From Parcubacteria bacterium DG_74_3 (GTDB lineage Bacteria; Patescibacteriota; Minisyncoccia; Minisyncoccales; DG-74-3): DNA of 64,000 bases. Positions 17,954 to 29,927 of the stretch are shown here, in pieces (the stretch's first letter is position 1; every line of letters starts with the position of its first letter). Below the pieces are notes generated by a model, which saw nothing but the letters and a program-made list of their open reading frames with translations, did not search any database and had not been told where the DNA came from. The DNA lies in NCBI GenBank assembly GCA_001302985.1, contig LJNG01000002.1, positions 7,164 through 71,163 on the forward strand, read 5' to 3'. The translations under genes and the position numbers were made by a program.

Positions 17954-18916
17954 ATGAAAAATCTAATTCCCAATATTGAGCAAAAAATTAACAAAGTTTT
18001 AAAAGAGTTAAAAATAAAACCCAAAGTTTCACCAAAAGAGTTCATTAAAAAAACGAGGGGGAGAAAACACAGATATTTAGCAATTTGCAGAGATGAAAAA
18101 GGAAAAAAATTGATTTTCTATGCCAGGTTGCACAAAAATCCTGATGCCAGAAGAAAAATGATGGCTGAAATTTTATTTTTGAAAAAATTGAAAGAAAAAG
18201 AAATTGAAATTTCAAAATACATTCCCAAGCTTTATCAGAGCAAAATAGAAAAAGATTTTGAATGGTTTACCAGAGAACATATAACAGGTTTTCTTTTGGG
18301 AACCAACGAACAACTAAAAAGAGACATTAAAAAAGAGGGGTTTTTGCTTTTAGTGAAAGCAATATATCGAATAAAGCAAACTCCTTTTTCGTCATTTAAT
18401 TTAAAAAAATTTTCCGAAAAAAATTATTTCGATTCTCAAGACTCCCTTCCTTTTTTATTGGAAAGAAAAGTTTTGAATAAACAATTAGTTCAAAAAATTA
18501 AAAAAGCTTTTCAAGAAAATGAGAGGTTGCTGAAAAAAGAAAACAGATGCTTTTCTCACGGAGATTTTAATTTGGGAAATCTTATAGTTTCAAGGGGAAG
18601 TCTCAAAATTCTGGACTGGGAATCTATTCAAATCAATAATTTTACTTTTGATATTGCTTATTTTTTTACTCACCTCTGGCAAGCCAAAAAAGAAATTAGA
18701 AGAAAATTAATTCAAAACTATCTTAACCTTCTTTCTCTAAAAGAAAAAATTACCTTTCGTAAGATATTTCCACTGGTGATTTTTTATTTAGCTGTCGGGG
18801 GGATAGAAGCTAAACCAGCTGAAATTCCCCAATCCCTTTTGAAAAAAAGAAGGCAGTTTTTCGAGAAACTGCTTAAAAATGCACCTTTGGGTACTGATAA
18901 TTTAATGAATGTTTAA
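17954..18916 (+). CDS. Aminoglycoside phosphotransferase/choline kinase family protein
   Basis: Brenner motif HGDFNLGN, ILDWE, FDIAY. Confidence 0.8.
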   Translation: MKNLIPNIEQKINKVLKELKIKPKVSPKEFIKKTRGRKHRYLAICRDEKGKKLIFYARLHKNPDARRKMMAEILFLKKLKEKEIEISKYIPKLYQSKIEKDFEWFTREHITGFLLGTNEQLKRDIKKEGFLLLVKAIYRIKQTPFSSFNLKKFSEKNYFDSQDSLPFLLERKVLNKQLVQKIKKAFQENERLLKKENRCFSHGDFNLGNLIVSRGSLKILDWESIQINNFTFDIAYFFTHLWQAKKEIRRKLIQNYLNLLSLKEKITFRKIFPLVIFYLAVGGIEAKPAEIPQSLLKKRRQFFEKLLKNAPLGTDNLMNV

Positions 18917-20064
18917 GAAAGAAAATTAAGCAGAGCCCCTGATGCCCAAGCCTGAGGATAACAAATGGGCTTTTCCATTTCTAAGATAATATCATTATTC
19001 ACAATGCCGTAAAATTCAGGAAGAAAACCTAATTTTTTATAAACTCGTAAAAGAGCTTTTTTTATTTTTAAATATTCTGTTTTATATCCCAATTTTTTCA
19101 TTCCCTGGGCAATTATCCAGTTGTCGTGGGGCCAAACAGAACCTAAATGAGAAGAATAATGGTCAAAATCTGACTCTTTTGTAGAAAGGGTACGAATTCC
19201 ATATGGGGTCCAGAGGTCCTTTTGAAACAATCTTTTCGCTACTCCGGCCACTTTCCTAGTTTCTACAATACCTGTAAACAATAAATGGCCAGGATTTGAA
19301 GTGATTGTTTTTTTTTGCTTTTTATTTTTATCGAGAGCTAAGGCAAAATATTTTTCTTTTTTCATCCAAAATCTTTCATTAAATCTCTTTTTAAGATTTT
19401 CGGCTCTCAGGATCAAAGCTTTTTCCAATTTTCTATCGCTTAAAGTCCTTGAAAGTTTAGCTATCTTTTTTAAAGCTAAATACTGATAACCCTGAACTTC
19501 AACAATAGCTACTGGAGGAGAAATTTTCAAATGATTTTTCAGACTATCTTTCCAGCCCTGATGAAAGAGTCCTTTTGGATTTTCTCTTTTATATTCTAAA
19601 AATAAATCATTATCTTTATCCCCGTAATTTATGAGCCAGTTTAAAGAAGATAAAACATTTGGCCAATATTTTTTTAAAAATTTTCTATCTTTAGTTTTTC
19701 TAAAATAGAAAGAAAAAAGAATTAAAAACCAGAGGGTAGAATCTACAGAGCCATAATAAGGAAAGAGAAGATTGGGAATTTCTGGATTAAATTTCTTTTT
19801 CAAACCGGTTTCGTGTAAAATCTTCCCTGGCTCTTCTTCGTTGTCTTTATTGGTTTTCTTACCCTGAAGTTTGGCTAAAATTTCTAATGTTTTTTGGCAG
19901 ATTTTTGAGTCAATATTTAAAAGTTGCCAGGAAACAATTAAAGAATCGCGACCAAAAAGCCGGTTATATCTTGGCAAACCGGCTCTTATAAATCCCCTTT
20001 CATCCCTTAATTGGGCAATTTCTTTGAACAATCGTTTTTTAATGGCTACTGTTTTATTTTTCAC
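18913..20064 (-). CDS. Amylo-alpha-1,6-glucosidase/MGH-like (alpha/alpha)6 glycoside hydrolase
   Basis: LFGRDSL, EEPGKILHE, YYGSVDST, QGWKDS, EVQGY, GSVWPHDN, PQAWASG. Confidence 0.85.
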   Translation of the reverse strand: MKNKTVAIKKRLFKEIAQLRDERGFIRAGLPRYNRLFGRDSLIVSWQLLNIDSKICQKTLEILAKLQGKKTNKDNEEEPGKILHETGLKKKFNPEIPNLLFPYYGSVDSTLWFLILFSFYFRKTKDRKFLKKYWPNVLSSLNWLINYGDKDNDLFLEYKRENPKGLFHQGWKDSLKNHLKISPPVAIVEVQGYQYLALKKIAKLSRTLSDRKLEKALILRAENLKKRFNERFWMKKEKYFALALDKNKKQKKTITSNPGHLLFTGIVETRKVAGVAKRLFQKDLWTPYGIRTLSTKESDFDHYSSHLGSVWPHDNWIIAQGMKKLGYKTEYLKIKKALLRVYKKLGFLPEFYGIVNNDIILEMEKPICYPQAWASGALLNFLS

Positions 20065-20627
20065 TTTTGAGATTTTTTACTCCTTGAGAAATTAGCAACC
20101 TTTGTGATTTGGCCGTTGGGGATATAATGAATTGCACCTGTGGAGTCTTCAAGGACTGTGCGTCTTAGGTTCAAATTTTTAACTTTTCCCTGAATACCCA
20201 CGAGATTCACCTTTTCACCCACACGGTATTGGTCTTCAAGCAAAATAAAAAGGCCTGATATATAATCTCGAATCAAACTGCTGGAAGCCATACCAACCGC
20301 CAAACCTACGATACCAGAACCTGCCAAAAGCGGGGTAGTATTGATTCCAAATTCGGGCAGAATCATAAAGAGAGCTGTTAGCCAAATTACGACACTGACA
20401 ATTGAAATGAAAACTCCTTCAAGGGTTTTTTCTCTTTGCTTTAAAATCTCTTCATCTACTATTCCTTTAATCCTAGAACCCTCCTTGGCTAAAGGTCTTA
20501 TTAGTTTGCGAATTAAAATGTTAGCAAGTTGAGAGGCTAAGCAAGCAACAATTAAGACAAGAGCAACTTTAATCCCTCGAGATAAAATCCAGAGAATAAA
20601 AATTTGAAAGAAGTTTTGATAATCCAT
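20061..20627 (-). CDS. Small-conductance mechanosensitive channel (short MscS family)
   Basis: LLAGSGIVGLAVG, DYISGLFILLEDQYRVGE, LRRT....GAIHYIPNG. Confidence 0.85.
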   Translation of the reverse strand: MDYQNFFQIFILWILSRGIKVALVLIVACLASQLANILIRKLIRPLAKEGSRIKGIVDEEILKQREKTLEGVFISIVSVVIWLTALFMILPEFGINTTPLLAGSGIVGLAVGMASSSLIRDYISGLFILLEDQYRVGEKVNLVGIQGKVKNLNLRRTVLEDSTGAIHYIPNGQITKVANFSRSKKSQK

Positions 20628-20649
20628 ATTTTTAAATTAATTTTTCTAG

Positions 20650-20735
20650 CGGAGAGGGCGGGACTCGAACCCACAAGGGGATTACTCCCCACAGCTTCTC
20701 CAGAGCTGCGCCTTGCCAATTCGGCACACCTCTCC
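20650..20735 (-). tRNA. tRNA-Ser (GGA)
   Basis: GGAGAGG acceptor, CAGCT-CTGGAGA-AGCTG anticodon arm, long variable arm, GGTTCGAGTCC. Confidence 0.9.
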
Positions 20736-20789
20736 TAACTTCTTTTTAAATTCTACTAAAAATTGAGGTTTTTGCCAATAATAAACGCT

Positions 20790-20812
20790 TGGTCGGGATA
20801 ATATCCCGACCA
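20790..20812 (-). terminator. Hairpin, likely terminator after groEL
   Basis: TGGTCGGGATA-A-TATCCCGACCA perfect inverted repeat. Confidence 0.55.
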
Positions 20813-20860
20813 GCTAATCTCTAATGAATCAGAGAAAAATTTTTAGATTTCACTATTTTA

Positions 20861-22796
<1,936 letters not shown>

Positions 22797-22812
22797 ATCT
22801 TTGATAGATTGT

Positions 22813-22839
22813 TTAGCAAACGCGACCTTTGATTGCTAA
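22813..22839 (-). promoter_or_regulatory. CIRCE-like (HrcA) operator
   Basis: TTAGCAATC-N9-GTTTGCTAA versus consensus TTAGCACTC-N9-GAGTGCTAA, directly upstream of groES. Confidence 0.75.
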
Positions 22840-22851
22840 TTACTATAAGGC

Positions 22852-22880
22852 ATCTTACTAATGCCCTTACAAAATGTCAA
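22852..22880 (-). promoter_or_regulatory. Sigma70 promoter of groESL
   Basis: TTGACA-17 nt-TAAGAT. Confidence 0.65.
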
Positions 22881-22932
22881 GATTTTTTTACCTTATTTTT
22901 AATGATTTCTTGTTATATACTCCAGAAATTCG

Positions 22933-25854
22933 TCAAGTTTCTCTGAGGACCCTTTTTAAATATTGGCCGGTGTAACTTTTTTTATTTTTAGAAATTTCAA
23001 AAGGATTCCCCGTAGCTACAATATACCCCCCCTCCTCTCCTCCTTCAGGTCCCAGGTCAATTATCCAATCGGTGTTTTTAATAACGTCTAAGTTATGTTC
23101 GATTATTAAAACCGTATTTCCCCTGTCTACCAATCTTCTTAAAACTAAAACGAGTCTTTTGATGTCGTCTGGGTGTAATCCGGTAGTGGGTTCATCTAAA
23201 ATATAGAGGGTGGCTCCGGTTGCTTTTTTTGAAAGTTCAGTGGCTAACTTCACTCTTTGAGCTTCTCCACCTGATAAAGAGGGGGCAGATTGCCCGAGTT
23301 GTAAATAACCCAAGCCCACATCGCTTAATGTTTTCAATTTTTGAAAAAGAGGAGGTATATTTTTGAAAAACTCAAGAGATTCTTCGATAGTCATATCTAG
23401 AACCTCAGAAATATTTTTGCCTTTATATTCAATAGTTAAAGTCTCTTTATTGTATCTTTTTCCTTTGCAGTCCTGACATTTTACATAAACATCTGGCAAA
23501 AAATACATCTCAATTTTAATTTCTCCCTGACCCTGACAGGTCTCGCATCTTCCTCCCTTAACATTAAAGGAAAATCGTCCGGGCTTATACCCTCGAATTC
23601 TAGCTTCTTTGGTTTTGGAAAAAAGACTTCTTATATGAGAAAAGGCTCCGGTGTAGGTAGCTGGGTTTGACCTCGGCGTTCGACCAATGGGAGATTGGTC
23701 TACTAAAACTACTTTATTGAGACGTTCTGTGCCTAAAATGGCATCGTGCTTGCCAGGTTCTTCTTTAGAGTGATAAAATTTTCTCATTAAAGCTTTGGCT
23801 AAAATATCATCCATTAAAGATGATTTACCGGAACCTGAAACTCCGGTAATACAGACAAAATTTCCCAGGGGAATTTTGACATCAATGTTTTTCAAATTAT
23901 GTTCTTTTGCTCCTTTTATGATTAGGTGCTTTTGATTTTTCTCTCTGGGGTTTTTCTTTTGATTGCTTTTTTCTTTTTCTGTTTCTACTTTTTTCTTGCC
24001 TGACAAATATTGGCCAGTAAGGTTTTTGGATTTCAGAAGTTTTTTTGGGGTTCCTTCAAAAGTAATTCGTCCTCCATTTTTTCCTGCCCCCGGGCCAATA
24101 TCAACTACCCAATCGGCATTTAAAATAGTCTGGGGATCATGTTCTACAACCACAATAGTATTGCCGAGGTCTCTTAATTTCTTTAAGGTTTTGATTAATT
24201 GGCCCTGGTCTCGAGAATGGAGACCTACTGAGGGCTCATCTAAAATATATAAGACTCCAGTTAATTTGGAGCCTATTTGGGTAGCCAACCTTATTCTTTG
24301 TTCTTCGCCGCCAGCTAAAGTATCTGCTCTTCTATCTAAAGTAAGATAGCTTAAGCCCACATCAATCAGAAATTGAAGACGATTAATGATTTCTTTGATA
24401 ATGGGTTGAGTAATTTTATAGGTGCTAGAATTGAAATTAGTAAATTTAGAATTAAGTAGCTTTTCAAAAAATTGCTGGGCTTTGTTGGCAGGAAGTGCCA
24501 CTATGTTATCAATTGATTGGTCGTTTATGATAACGGCCAAGGCTTCGGGTCTTAGTCTTTTTCCCTGACATTGCTCGCATTTTTTTACAACCATATATTT
24601 TTCAATTTCAGCCCTGGTATGTTCTGAATCTGTCTCGTGATAGCGTCTTTCTAAAGAAGGGATTACTCCTTCGAAATCTCCTTTTTTATCTCCATATAAA
24701 ATTAAATCGATGATTTTAGAAGAAAGTTCTTTAACCGAAACATCTAAAGAAAAATTGCGCTCTTGCGCCAATTCTAATAACTGCCACCAGAAATAGCCCT
24801 GGCGCCCAATTTTATGAGAAGCATGCGCCCAGGGGAAAATTGCCCCCTCGGCTATTGATAAATTGAGATTGGGAATAACTTGCTTGGGATCAACTTCTAA
24901 TCTTTCTCCCAGTCCCTGACAGACCGGGCAAGCTCCGTGGGGTGAATTAAAAGAGAAAAAACGAGGTTCTAACTCAGGGAGAGAAATGCCGCATTCTTCG
25001 CAGGCAAAATGCTCGCTGAAAATCAAATCCTCTCCCCTTTTTTTGAATTTTTTCATTGGAAATTTAGGGTTTACAATAACTATGCCTTTACCCAATTTCA
25101 ATCCGGTCTCTAAGGAATCAACCAGTCTGGATTTATCTAAATTTTTATCAATCACCAACCTATCAACCACTACCTCAATATTATGTTTTTTGTATCTATC
25201 TAAAGTAATCCCCCGACTCCAGACACCTCTGGTTTCTGATACTTGCCCAGCTCGCTCTTTTTCCACCACCGGGGATTCGATAATATCTTCTACCCGATGA
25301 ATTATGCTGTTAATTCTCACCCTTACAAAGCCTGCTCTTTGGATTTCTTCTAAAATTCCACGATGCTCTCCTTTTTTACCCCTGATAACCGGGCCTAAAA
25401 TTGTAATCTCGCTTCCTAGGGGTAGGTTTAAAACCTGTTCTGTAATTTGGTCAATTGTCTGACGAGAAATTTTCTTACCACATTTCGGACAGTGAGGGAT
25501 TCCTATTCTGGAAAACAAAAGTCTTAAATAATCATAAATTTCAGTAATTGTTCCAACTGTTGAGCGGGGGTTGTGGGCAGCCTTTCTTTGGTCAATAGCA
25601 ATGGCCGGAGATATGCCCTCAATTGAATCTACGTCTGGTTTATCCATCACCCCTAAAAATTGTCTGGCATAAGCAGATAGGCTTTCAACATATCTCCTTT
25701 GACCTTCGGCATAAAGAGTATCAAAGGCTAAAGAAGATTTTCCAGAACCTGAAATACCGGTAATTACTACGAATTTATTTTTGGGAATATCAACATCAAT
25801 ATTCTTGAGATTATGAACTCTGGCTTTTCGAATTTTGATAAAGTCTTGAGCCAT
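22933..25854 (-). CDS. uvrA: Excinuclease ABC subunit A
   Basis: HNLKNIDV, two GxSGSGKSS Walker A motifs, zinc fingers, [12 protein letters not shown]. Start MAQDF at 25854. Confidence 0.97.
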   Translation of the reverse strand: MAQDFIKIRKARVHNLKNIDVDIPKNKFVVITGISGSGKSSLAFDTLYAEGQRRYVESLSAYARQFLGVMDKPDVDSIEGISPAIAIDQRKAAHNPRSTVGTITEIYDYLRLLFSRIGIPHCPKCGKKISRQTIDQITEQVLNLPLGSEITILGPVIRGKKGEHRGILEEIQRAGFVRVRINSIIHRVEDIIESPVVEKERAGQVSETRGVWSRGITLDRYKKHNIEVVVDRLVIDKNLDKSRLVDSLETGLKLGKGIVIVNPKFPMKKFKKRGEDLIFSEHFACEECGISLPELEPRFFSFNSPHGACPVCQGLGERLEVDPKQVIPNLNLSIAEGAIFPWAHASHKIGRQGYFWWQLLELAQERNFSLDVSVKELSSKIIDLILYGDKKGDFEGVIPSLERRYHETDSEHTRAEIEKYMVVKKCEQCQGKRLRPEALAVIINDQSIDNIVALPANKAQQFFEKLLNSKFTNFNSSTYKITQPIIKEIINRLQFLIDVGLSYLTLDRRADTLAGGEEQRIRLATQIGSKLTGVLYILDEPSVGLHSRDQGQLIKTLKKLRDLGNTIVVVEHDPQTILNADWVVDIGPGAGKNGGRITFEGTPKKLLKSKNLTGQYLSGKKKVETEKEKSNQKKNPREKNQKHLIIKGAKEHNLKNIDVKIPLGNFVCITGVSGSGKSSLMDDILAKALMRKFYHSKEEPGKHDAILGTERLNKVVLVDQSPIGRTPRSNPATYTGAFSHIRSLFSKTKEARIRGYKPGRFSFNVKGGRCETCQGQGEIKIEMYFLPDVYVKCQDCKGKRYNKETLTIEYKGKNISEVLDMTIEESLEFFKNIPPLFQKLKTLSDVGLGYLQLGQSAPSLSGGEAQRVKLATELSKKATGATLYILDEPTTGLHPDDIKRLVLVLRRLVDRGNTVLIIEHNLDVIKNTDWIIDLGPEGGEEGGYIVATGNPFEISKNKKSYTGQYLKRVLRET

Positions 25855-25960
25855 AACAATTATTATACTTTTTCTTTTGAAAAAATTCAACCCTTTATCT
25901 TTAACTTGAAAGAATAGTATTTCAAAAATTTTAAAGAATATAATATGATAATTTAGTAAG

Positions 25961-27268
25961 ATGGAATTTAAATTTGTATCAATCCCTCGACCGCGCTCGG
26001 GATTGAAGCTGAGCCTGTCGAGGGCGTCAAAAGATAAAATTTTGCAACTTCCCCAAGGGGCTGGTGTCTATGCTTTTGTAGCGGAAAAAGATTTTTTTTA
26101 TATTGGGAAAGCTTCTAACCTTAGAGAAAGAGTCCAAAGTCATTTTCAAAATAAAACCTTTCGGGACAATCTCTTTATCGATAAAGTTAAAAAAATAGGT
26201 TGGATTTCAACAAGTTCAGAGATTGAAGCTCTTGTTTTAGAAGCTCAGTTAATTAAAAATTATAAGCCAAAATATAATATTCTTTGGCGGGATGACAAAA
26301 ACTTCTTTTTTGTCGCCGTAACAAAAGAAAACTTCCCAAGAGTTTTTTTGACTCACCAAACCGGATTTAAAAATCAAAAGGTAAAGTTCAAAACTAATTT
26401 CATTGGGCCTTTTGTGGATGGTCGAGCATTAAAAGCTACCCTGAAAATTTTAAGAAAAGTTTTTCCTTATTATTCAAGCAAAAAACATCCTAAGAAACTT
26501 TGTTCTTGGTGTCATTTGGGGCTTTGTCCGGGGCCAAATCCTAATAAAAAAGAGTATCGCAAGAATATTAAAAATTTAATGGCTGTTTTGAGGGGAAAGA
26601 ATAAATCGGTTTTAAAAAGTTTAAAAAAAGAAATGAAAGAAACTGCCTTTTCTCAAAATTATGAGAGAGCAGCTAAGATCCGCGACCAAATTATAGCGCT
26701 GGAAAAAATTTTGGCTCATGCCAGAATTTTTGAGCCGCAACCTGAAATTTTGATTCCCTGGGATAACCTCCAAGCAATCCTTCAAAAAATATTAAAAACT
26801 CAAAAACAGATTAAGCGAATAGAAGCTTACGACGTCTCAAATATTCAGGGTCAAAAAGCAACCGGTTCGATGATTACTTTTATTGAGGGTATACCCGCTA
26901 AAAACTTTTATCGAAAATTCAAAATAAAGGCCGAGGGAAGGGCAAATGATGTGGGAATGATAAAAGAAGTTTTAACCAGAAGGCTTGGGCATAACGAATG
27001 GCCCTTTCCAGATTTAATCTTAATTGATGGAGGGAAATCACAGTTAAAAGCTGTTCAAGCAATTGTTCGCAAAGAAAAATTAACAATTCCGGTTATGGCT
27101 TTGGCTAAAAGAAAAAATGAATTATTTATTGAGAAAGGAAAAAATCCTATTTTGTTAAAAAGCCTTCCCAGAGAAATTTTTAATTTAGTTTTACAACTTC
27201 GAGACGAGGCCCACCGATTTGCTATAGAATATCACCGAAAATTAAGAAGAAGTATCTTGCTAAAATAA
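25961..27268 (+). CDS. uvrC: Excinuclease ABC subunit C (short form without C-terminal HhH domains)
   Basis: GIY-YIG (GVY..YIGKA), UVR domain (YERAAKIRD), [28 protein letters not shown]. Confidence 0.92.
   Translation: MEFKFVSIPRPRSGLKLSLSRASKDKILQLPQGAGVYAFVAEKDFFYIGKASNLRERVQSHFQNKTFRDNLFIDKVKKIGWISTSSEIEALVLEAQLIKNYKPKYNILWRDDKNFFFVAVTKENFPRVFLTHQTGFKNQKVKFKTNFIGPFVDGRALKATLKILRKVFPYYSSKKHPKKLCSWCHLGLCPGPNPNKKEYRKNIKNLMAVLRGKNKSVLKSLKKEMKETAFSQNYERAAKIRDQIIALEKILAHARIFEPQPEILIPWDNLQAILQKILKTQKQIKRIEAYDVSNIQGQKATGSMITFIEGIPAKNFYRKFKIKAEGRANDVGMIKEVLTRRLGHNEWPFPDLILIDGGKSQLKAVQAIVRKEKLTIPVMALAKRKNELFIEKGKNPILLKSLPREIFNLVLQLRDEAHRFAIEYHRKLRRSILLK
25979..26026. repeat. 48-bp palindromic element inserted in frame in uvrC
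   Basis: CCCTCGAC...GTCGAGGG inverted ends with TCAA repeated on both sides. Confidence 0.6.
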
Positions 27269-27293
27269 TTTACTTTTGCTATCCTGAAATATC

Positions 27294-27680
27294 GTGCTCA
27301 ATCGATTAATTCTTCAAATCATTGCCGGTATTTTAGGCCTTTGGCTGGCGACCCAGTTCATTCCCGGAGTAACCTTAGAGGTTTTTCCGGGACAATCTGC
27401 TTTTTTAGGCATAGAATTTGCTGAAAAATGGCAAGTTTTCCTTTTGGTTGGTTCAACCTTGGGCCTGGTGAATTTTTTTATAAAGCCTGTTTTAAAAGTA
27501 ATTACCTTACCCTTAAGAATATTAACCTTTGGGATTTTTGGTTTGGTAATCAATATGATGGTGGTCTGGATAGTAGATGTTGTGTTTCCTGAATTGACCA
27601 TCCTTGGCCTTTTATCGCTTTTTTTGACAACCATTATTATTTGGGGAATAAGTTTTATTCTGGGGGTCTATAAAGCCTAA
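27294..27680 (+). CDS. YvlD/DUF360 (phage-holin-like 4TM) membrane protein
   Basis: LGLVNFFIKPVLKVITLPLRILTFGIFGLVIN. Confidence 0.85.
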   Translation: MLNRLILQIIAGILGLWLATQFIPGVTLEVFPGQSAFLGIEFAEKWQVFLLVGSTLGLVNFFIKPVLKVITLPLRILTFGIFGLVINMMVVWIVDVVFPELTILGLLSLFLTTIIIWGISFILGVYKA

Positions 27681-27730
27681 AGGGAGCTCACAAATTCTTA
27701 GAACCTGAAAAAAAATTTAAAACTAAACTA

Positions 27731-27946
27731 ATGAAAGAATATTTACCAATAGCTCAAATTATTGCTTCGGCATTATTAATTGTCTTCATTCTATTACAAC
27801 AAAGAGGGACGACCTTAGGCTCTCCATTTGGAGGAGAGGGAGGTTTTTATTCTACCCTGCGGGGTTTTCAGAAAAAAATTTTCTGGCTAACTATAATTTT
27901 CGGAGCCTTATTTTTGGTTTTAGCCTTGCTCAATCTTGTTGTTTAA
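27731..27946 (+). CDS. secG: Preprotein translocase subunit SecG
   Basis: LIVFILLQQRG..LG..FGG; two TM helices. Confidence 0.85.
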   Translation: MKEYLPIAQIIASALLIVFILLQQRGTTLGSPFGGEGGFYSTLRGFQKKIFWLTIIFGALFLVLALLNLVV

Positions 27947-27950
27947 AATT

Positions 27951-29927
27951 ATGAGTTTTCCCCAAAAATGGCCTTCTAGGACGCAGTGGAACCAACTTTT
28001 CAAAGTTTTAAATCAAAAAGAAAAGAGAGTCTTTTCTGTTTTTTTATTTGGAGCAATTGTCTCTTTTGGTTTTCTCTTAATTAATTTTTATTTTAACCAC
28101 ACAGAAATTCGACCCGCCCTTGGCGGAGAATACACAGAGGCTCTGGTGGGTCAACCCAGATTTTTAAATCCAATTTACGGATTAACCAATGATGTTGATC
28201 GTGATTTGGTTGAGTTGCTTTTTACAGGTTTAATGAAATATGACCCCGATGGTAAAATTATTCCCGAGCTAGCCAAAGAGTACCGGATTCTGGAAGAGGG
28301 TAGGGTTTATGAGTTTGACCTGAAAGAAAATATTTTTTGGGAAGACGGAGAACCACTGAATATTAATGACATAATCTTTACCATCGAAACCATCCAAAAT
28401 CCCGATTTTAAAAGTCCTCAGAGAGTAAGTTGGTTAGGGGTTGAGGTAGAAAAAGTTTCTGATAGAAGTCTTCGTTTTAAACTCAAAAAGCCTTCGGCTA
28501 TTTTCCTCGAACAGTGCACCCTTAAAATTATACCCGAACACATCTGGAAAACAGTCTCGCCTCAGAATTTTCCCCTAACTCTTTATAATTTAAAACCTAT
28601 CGGTTCGGGCCCTTATAAATTAAAAAATTTGCTTCAAACAGACCAGGGGAAAATAAGCTCATTAACCTTAATAAGAAATCCGAGGTATTTTGGCCAGGGA
28701 CCGAATATACCCAAAATAACTTTCTTTTTCTATGATAGCGAAGAGGAATTACTAAAAGAATATTCAAAGGGAGAAATTAAGGGATTTACCCTTCTTTCAG
28801 TCGAAAATCTACCAAAAATTAATTTAGATTTAAGGCTTTATTCTCTTTCTCTACCAAGATATTTTGCTATTTTTTTTAACTTAGAAAAATCAAAAGTTTT
28901 AGTTGATGAGGAAGTAAGAAAGGCGTTAAATTATGGTACCAACAAAGAAGAGATGGTCGAAAAAATTCTTTTCGGCCATGGAAAGGTTATTCATTCCCCT
29001 ATCCTACCTCAGGTCTATGGATTTAAAGAGCCTAGTGAGATTTATCAATTCGATTTAGAAAAAGCAAAAGAAATTTTAGAAAAAGCAGGGTTTATTGAAA
29101 ACGAAGAGGGAAAAAGAATTAAAATGGTCAAAAAGAAAGCCTCCTTTCAGCTCCAGAGCAATCTTGGGTTTGGATCTAAGGGGAGTGAGGTCGAAGAACT
29201 CCAAAAATGTTTAGCTCGCTTTCCCGATGTTTATCCCGACGGAACGATATCGGGCTATTTTGGTCAGTTAACAAAAGAAGCTGTTATTAAATTTCAGGAA
29301 AAATATGCTCAAGAAATTTTAATTCCCTCGGGGCTAAAAGAAGGCACGGGAGAGGTTAGGGTAAAAACCCGCGAGAAGCTTAATGAGCTCTGTTATGTCC
29401 AAACAGAAGAAATTCCCCTTGAAATTTCTTTAATAACAGTAGAACAACCCCTAATGGTAAAGACAGCCGCCCTTTTAAAAGAACAGTGGGAAAAACTTGG
29501 CTTGACTCTTAATATTCAAGTTTTTGATATCTCTACCATCGAAAGAGACATTATCAAAAAAAGAGATTATGAAACCCTTTTGTTTGGCGAAATTTTAGGC
29601 TCCCTTCCAGATCCCTATCCTTTCTGGCATTCTTCCCAAAAAAGAGACCCTGGATTAAATCTGGCGTTTTATAGCAATGGTAAAATCGATAAACTATTGG
29701 AAGAAATTCGCCAAAATCTTGATGCAAAAATTAGAAAAGAAAAATTAGAAGAGTTTCAAGAAATTTTAATTAAAGACGGACCAGCGGTGTTTTTATATAG
29801 CCCAGATTATCTTTATTTGGTCTCTTCAGAAATAAAAGGCATAAAAGAGGGAATGATTGTTGACCCATCTAGGCGTCTCAGTGATATAGAAAATTGGTAT
29901 ATTAAAACCAAAAGAGCATGGAAATGA
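27951..29927 (+). CDS. Family 5 (OppA/DppA-like) solute-binding protein with N-terminal TM anchor and inserted peptidoglycan-binding domain
   Basis: GQPRFLNP, LFTGL, PIGSGPYK, VRKALNYG, DPYPFWHSSQ; insert LGFGSKGSEVEELQKCL...GYFGQLTKEAVIKFQ. Confidence 0.85.
   Translation: MSFPQKWPSRTQWNQLFKVLNQKEKRVFSVFLFGAIVSFGFLLINFYFNHTEIRPALGGEYTEALVGQPRFLNPIYGLTNDVDRDLVELLFTGLMKYDPDGKIIPELAKEYRILEEGRVYEFDLKENIFWEDGEPLNINDIIFTIETIQNPDFKSPQRVSWLGVEVEKVSDRSLRFKLKKPSAIFLEQCTLKIIPEHIWKTVSPQNFPLTLYNLKPIGSGPYKLKNLLQTDQGKISSLTLIRNPRYFGQGPNIPKITFFFYDSEEELLKEYSKGEIKGFTLLSVENLPKINLDLRLYSLSLPRYFAIFFNLEKSKVLVDEEVRKALNYGTNKEEMVEKILFGHGKVIHSPILPQVYGFKEPSEIYQFDLEKAKEILEKAGFIENEEGKRIKMVKKKASFQLQSNLGFGSKGSEVEELQKCLARFPDVYPDGTISGYFGQLTKEAVIKFQEKYAQEILIPSGLKEGTGEVRVKTREKLNELCYVQTEEIPLEISLITVEQPLMVKTAALLKEQWEKLGLTLNIQVFDISTIERDIIKKRDYETLLFGEILGSLPDPYPFWHSSQKRDPGLNLAFYSNGKIDKLLEEIRQNLDAKIRKEKLEEFQEILIKDGPAVFLYSPDYLYLVSSEIKGIKEGMIVDPSRRLSDIENWYIKTKRAWK

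Noticed and set aside
27294-27680. Prophage suggested by a phage-holin-family gene
   Set aside because: YvlD/DUF360 proteins are ordinary chromosomal genes often found near uvr genes, and no phage genes are nearby.
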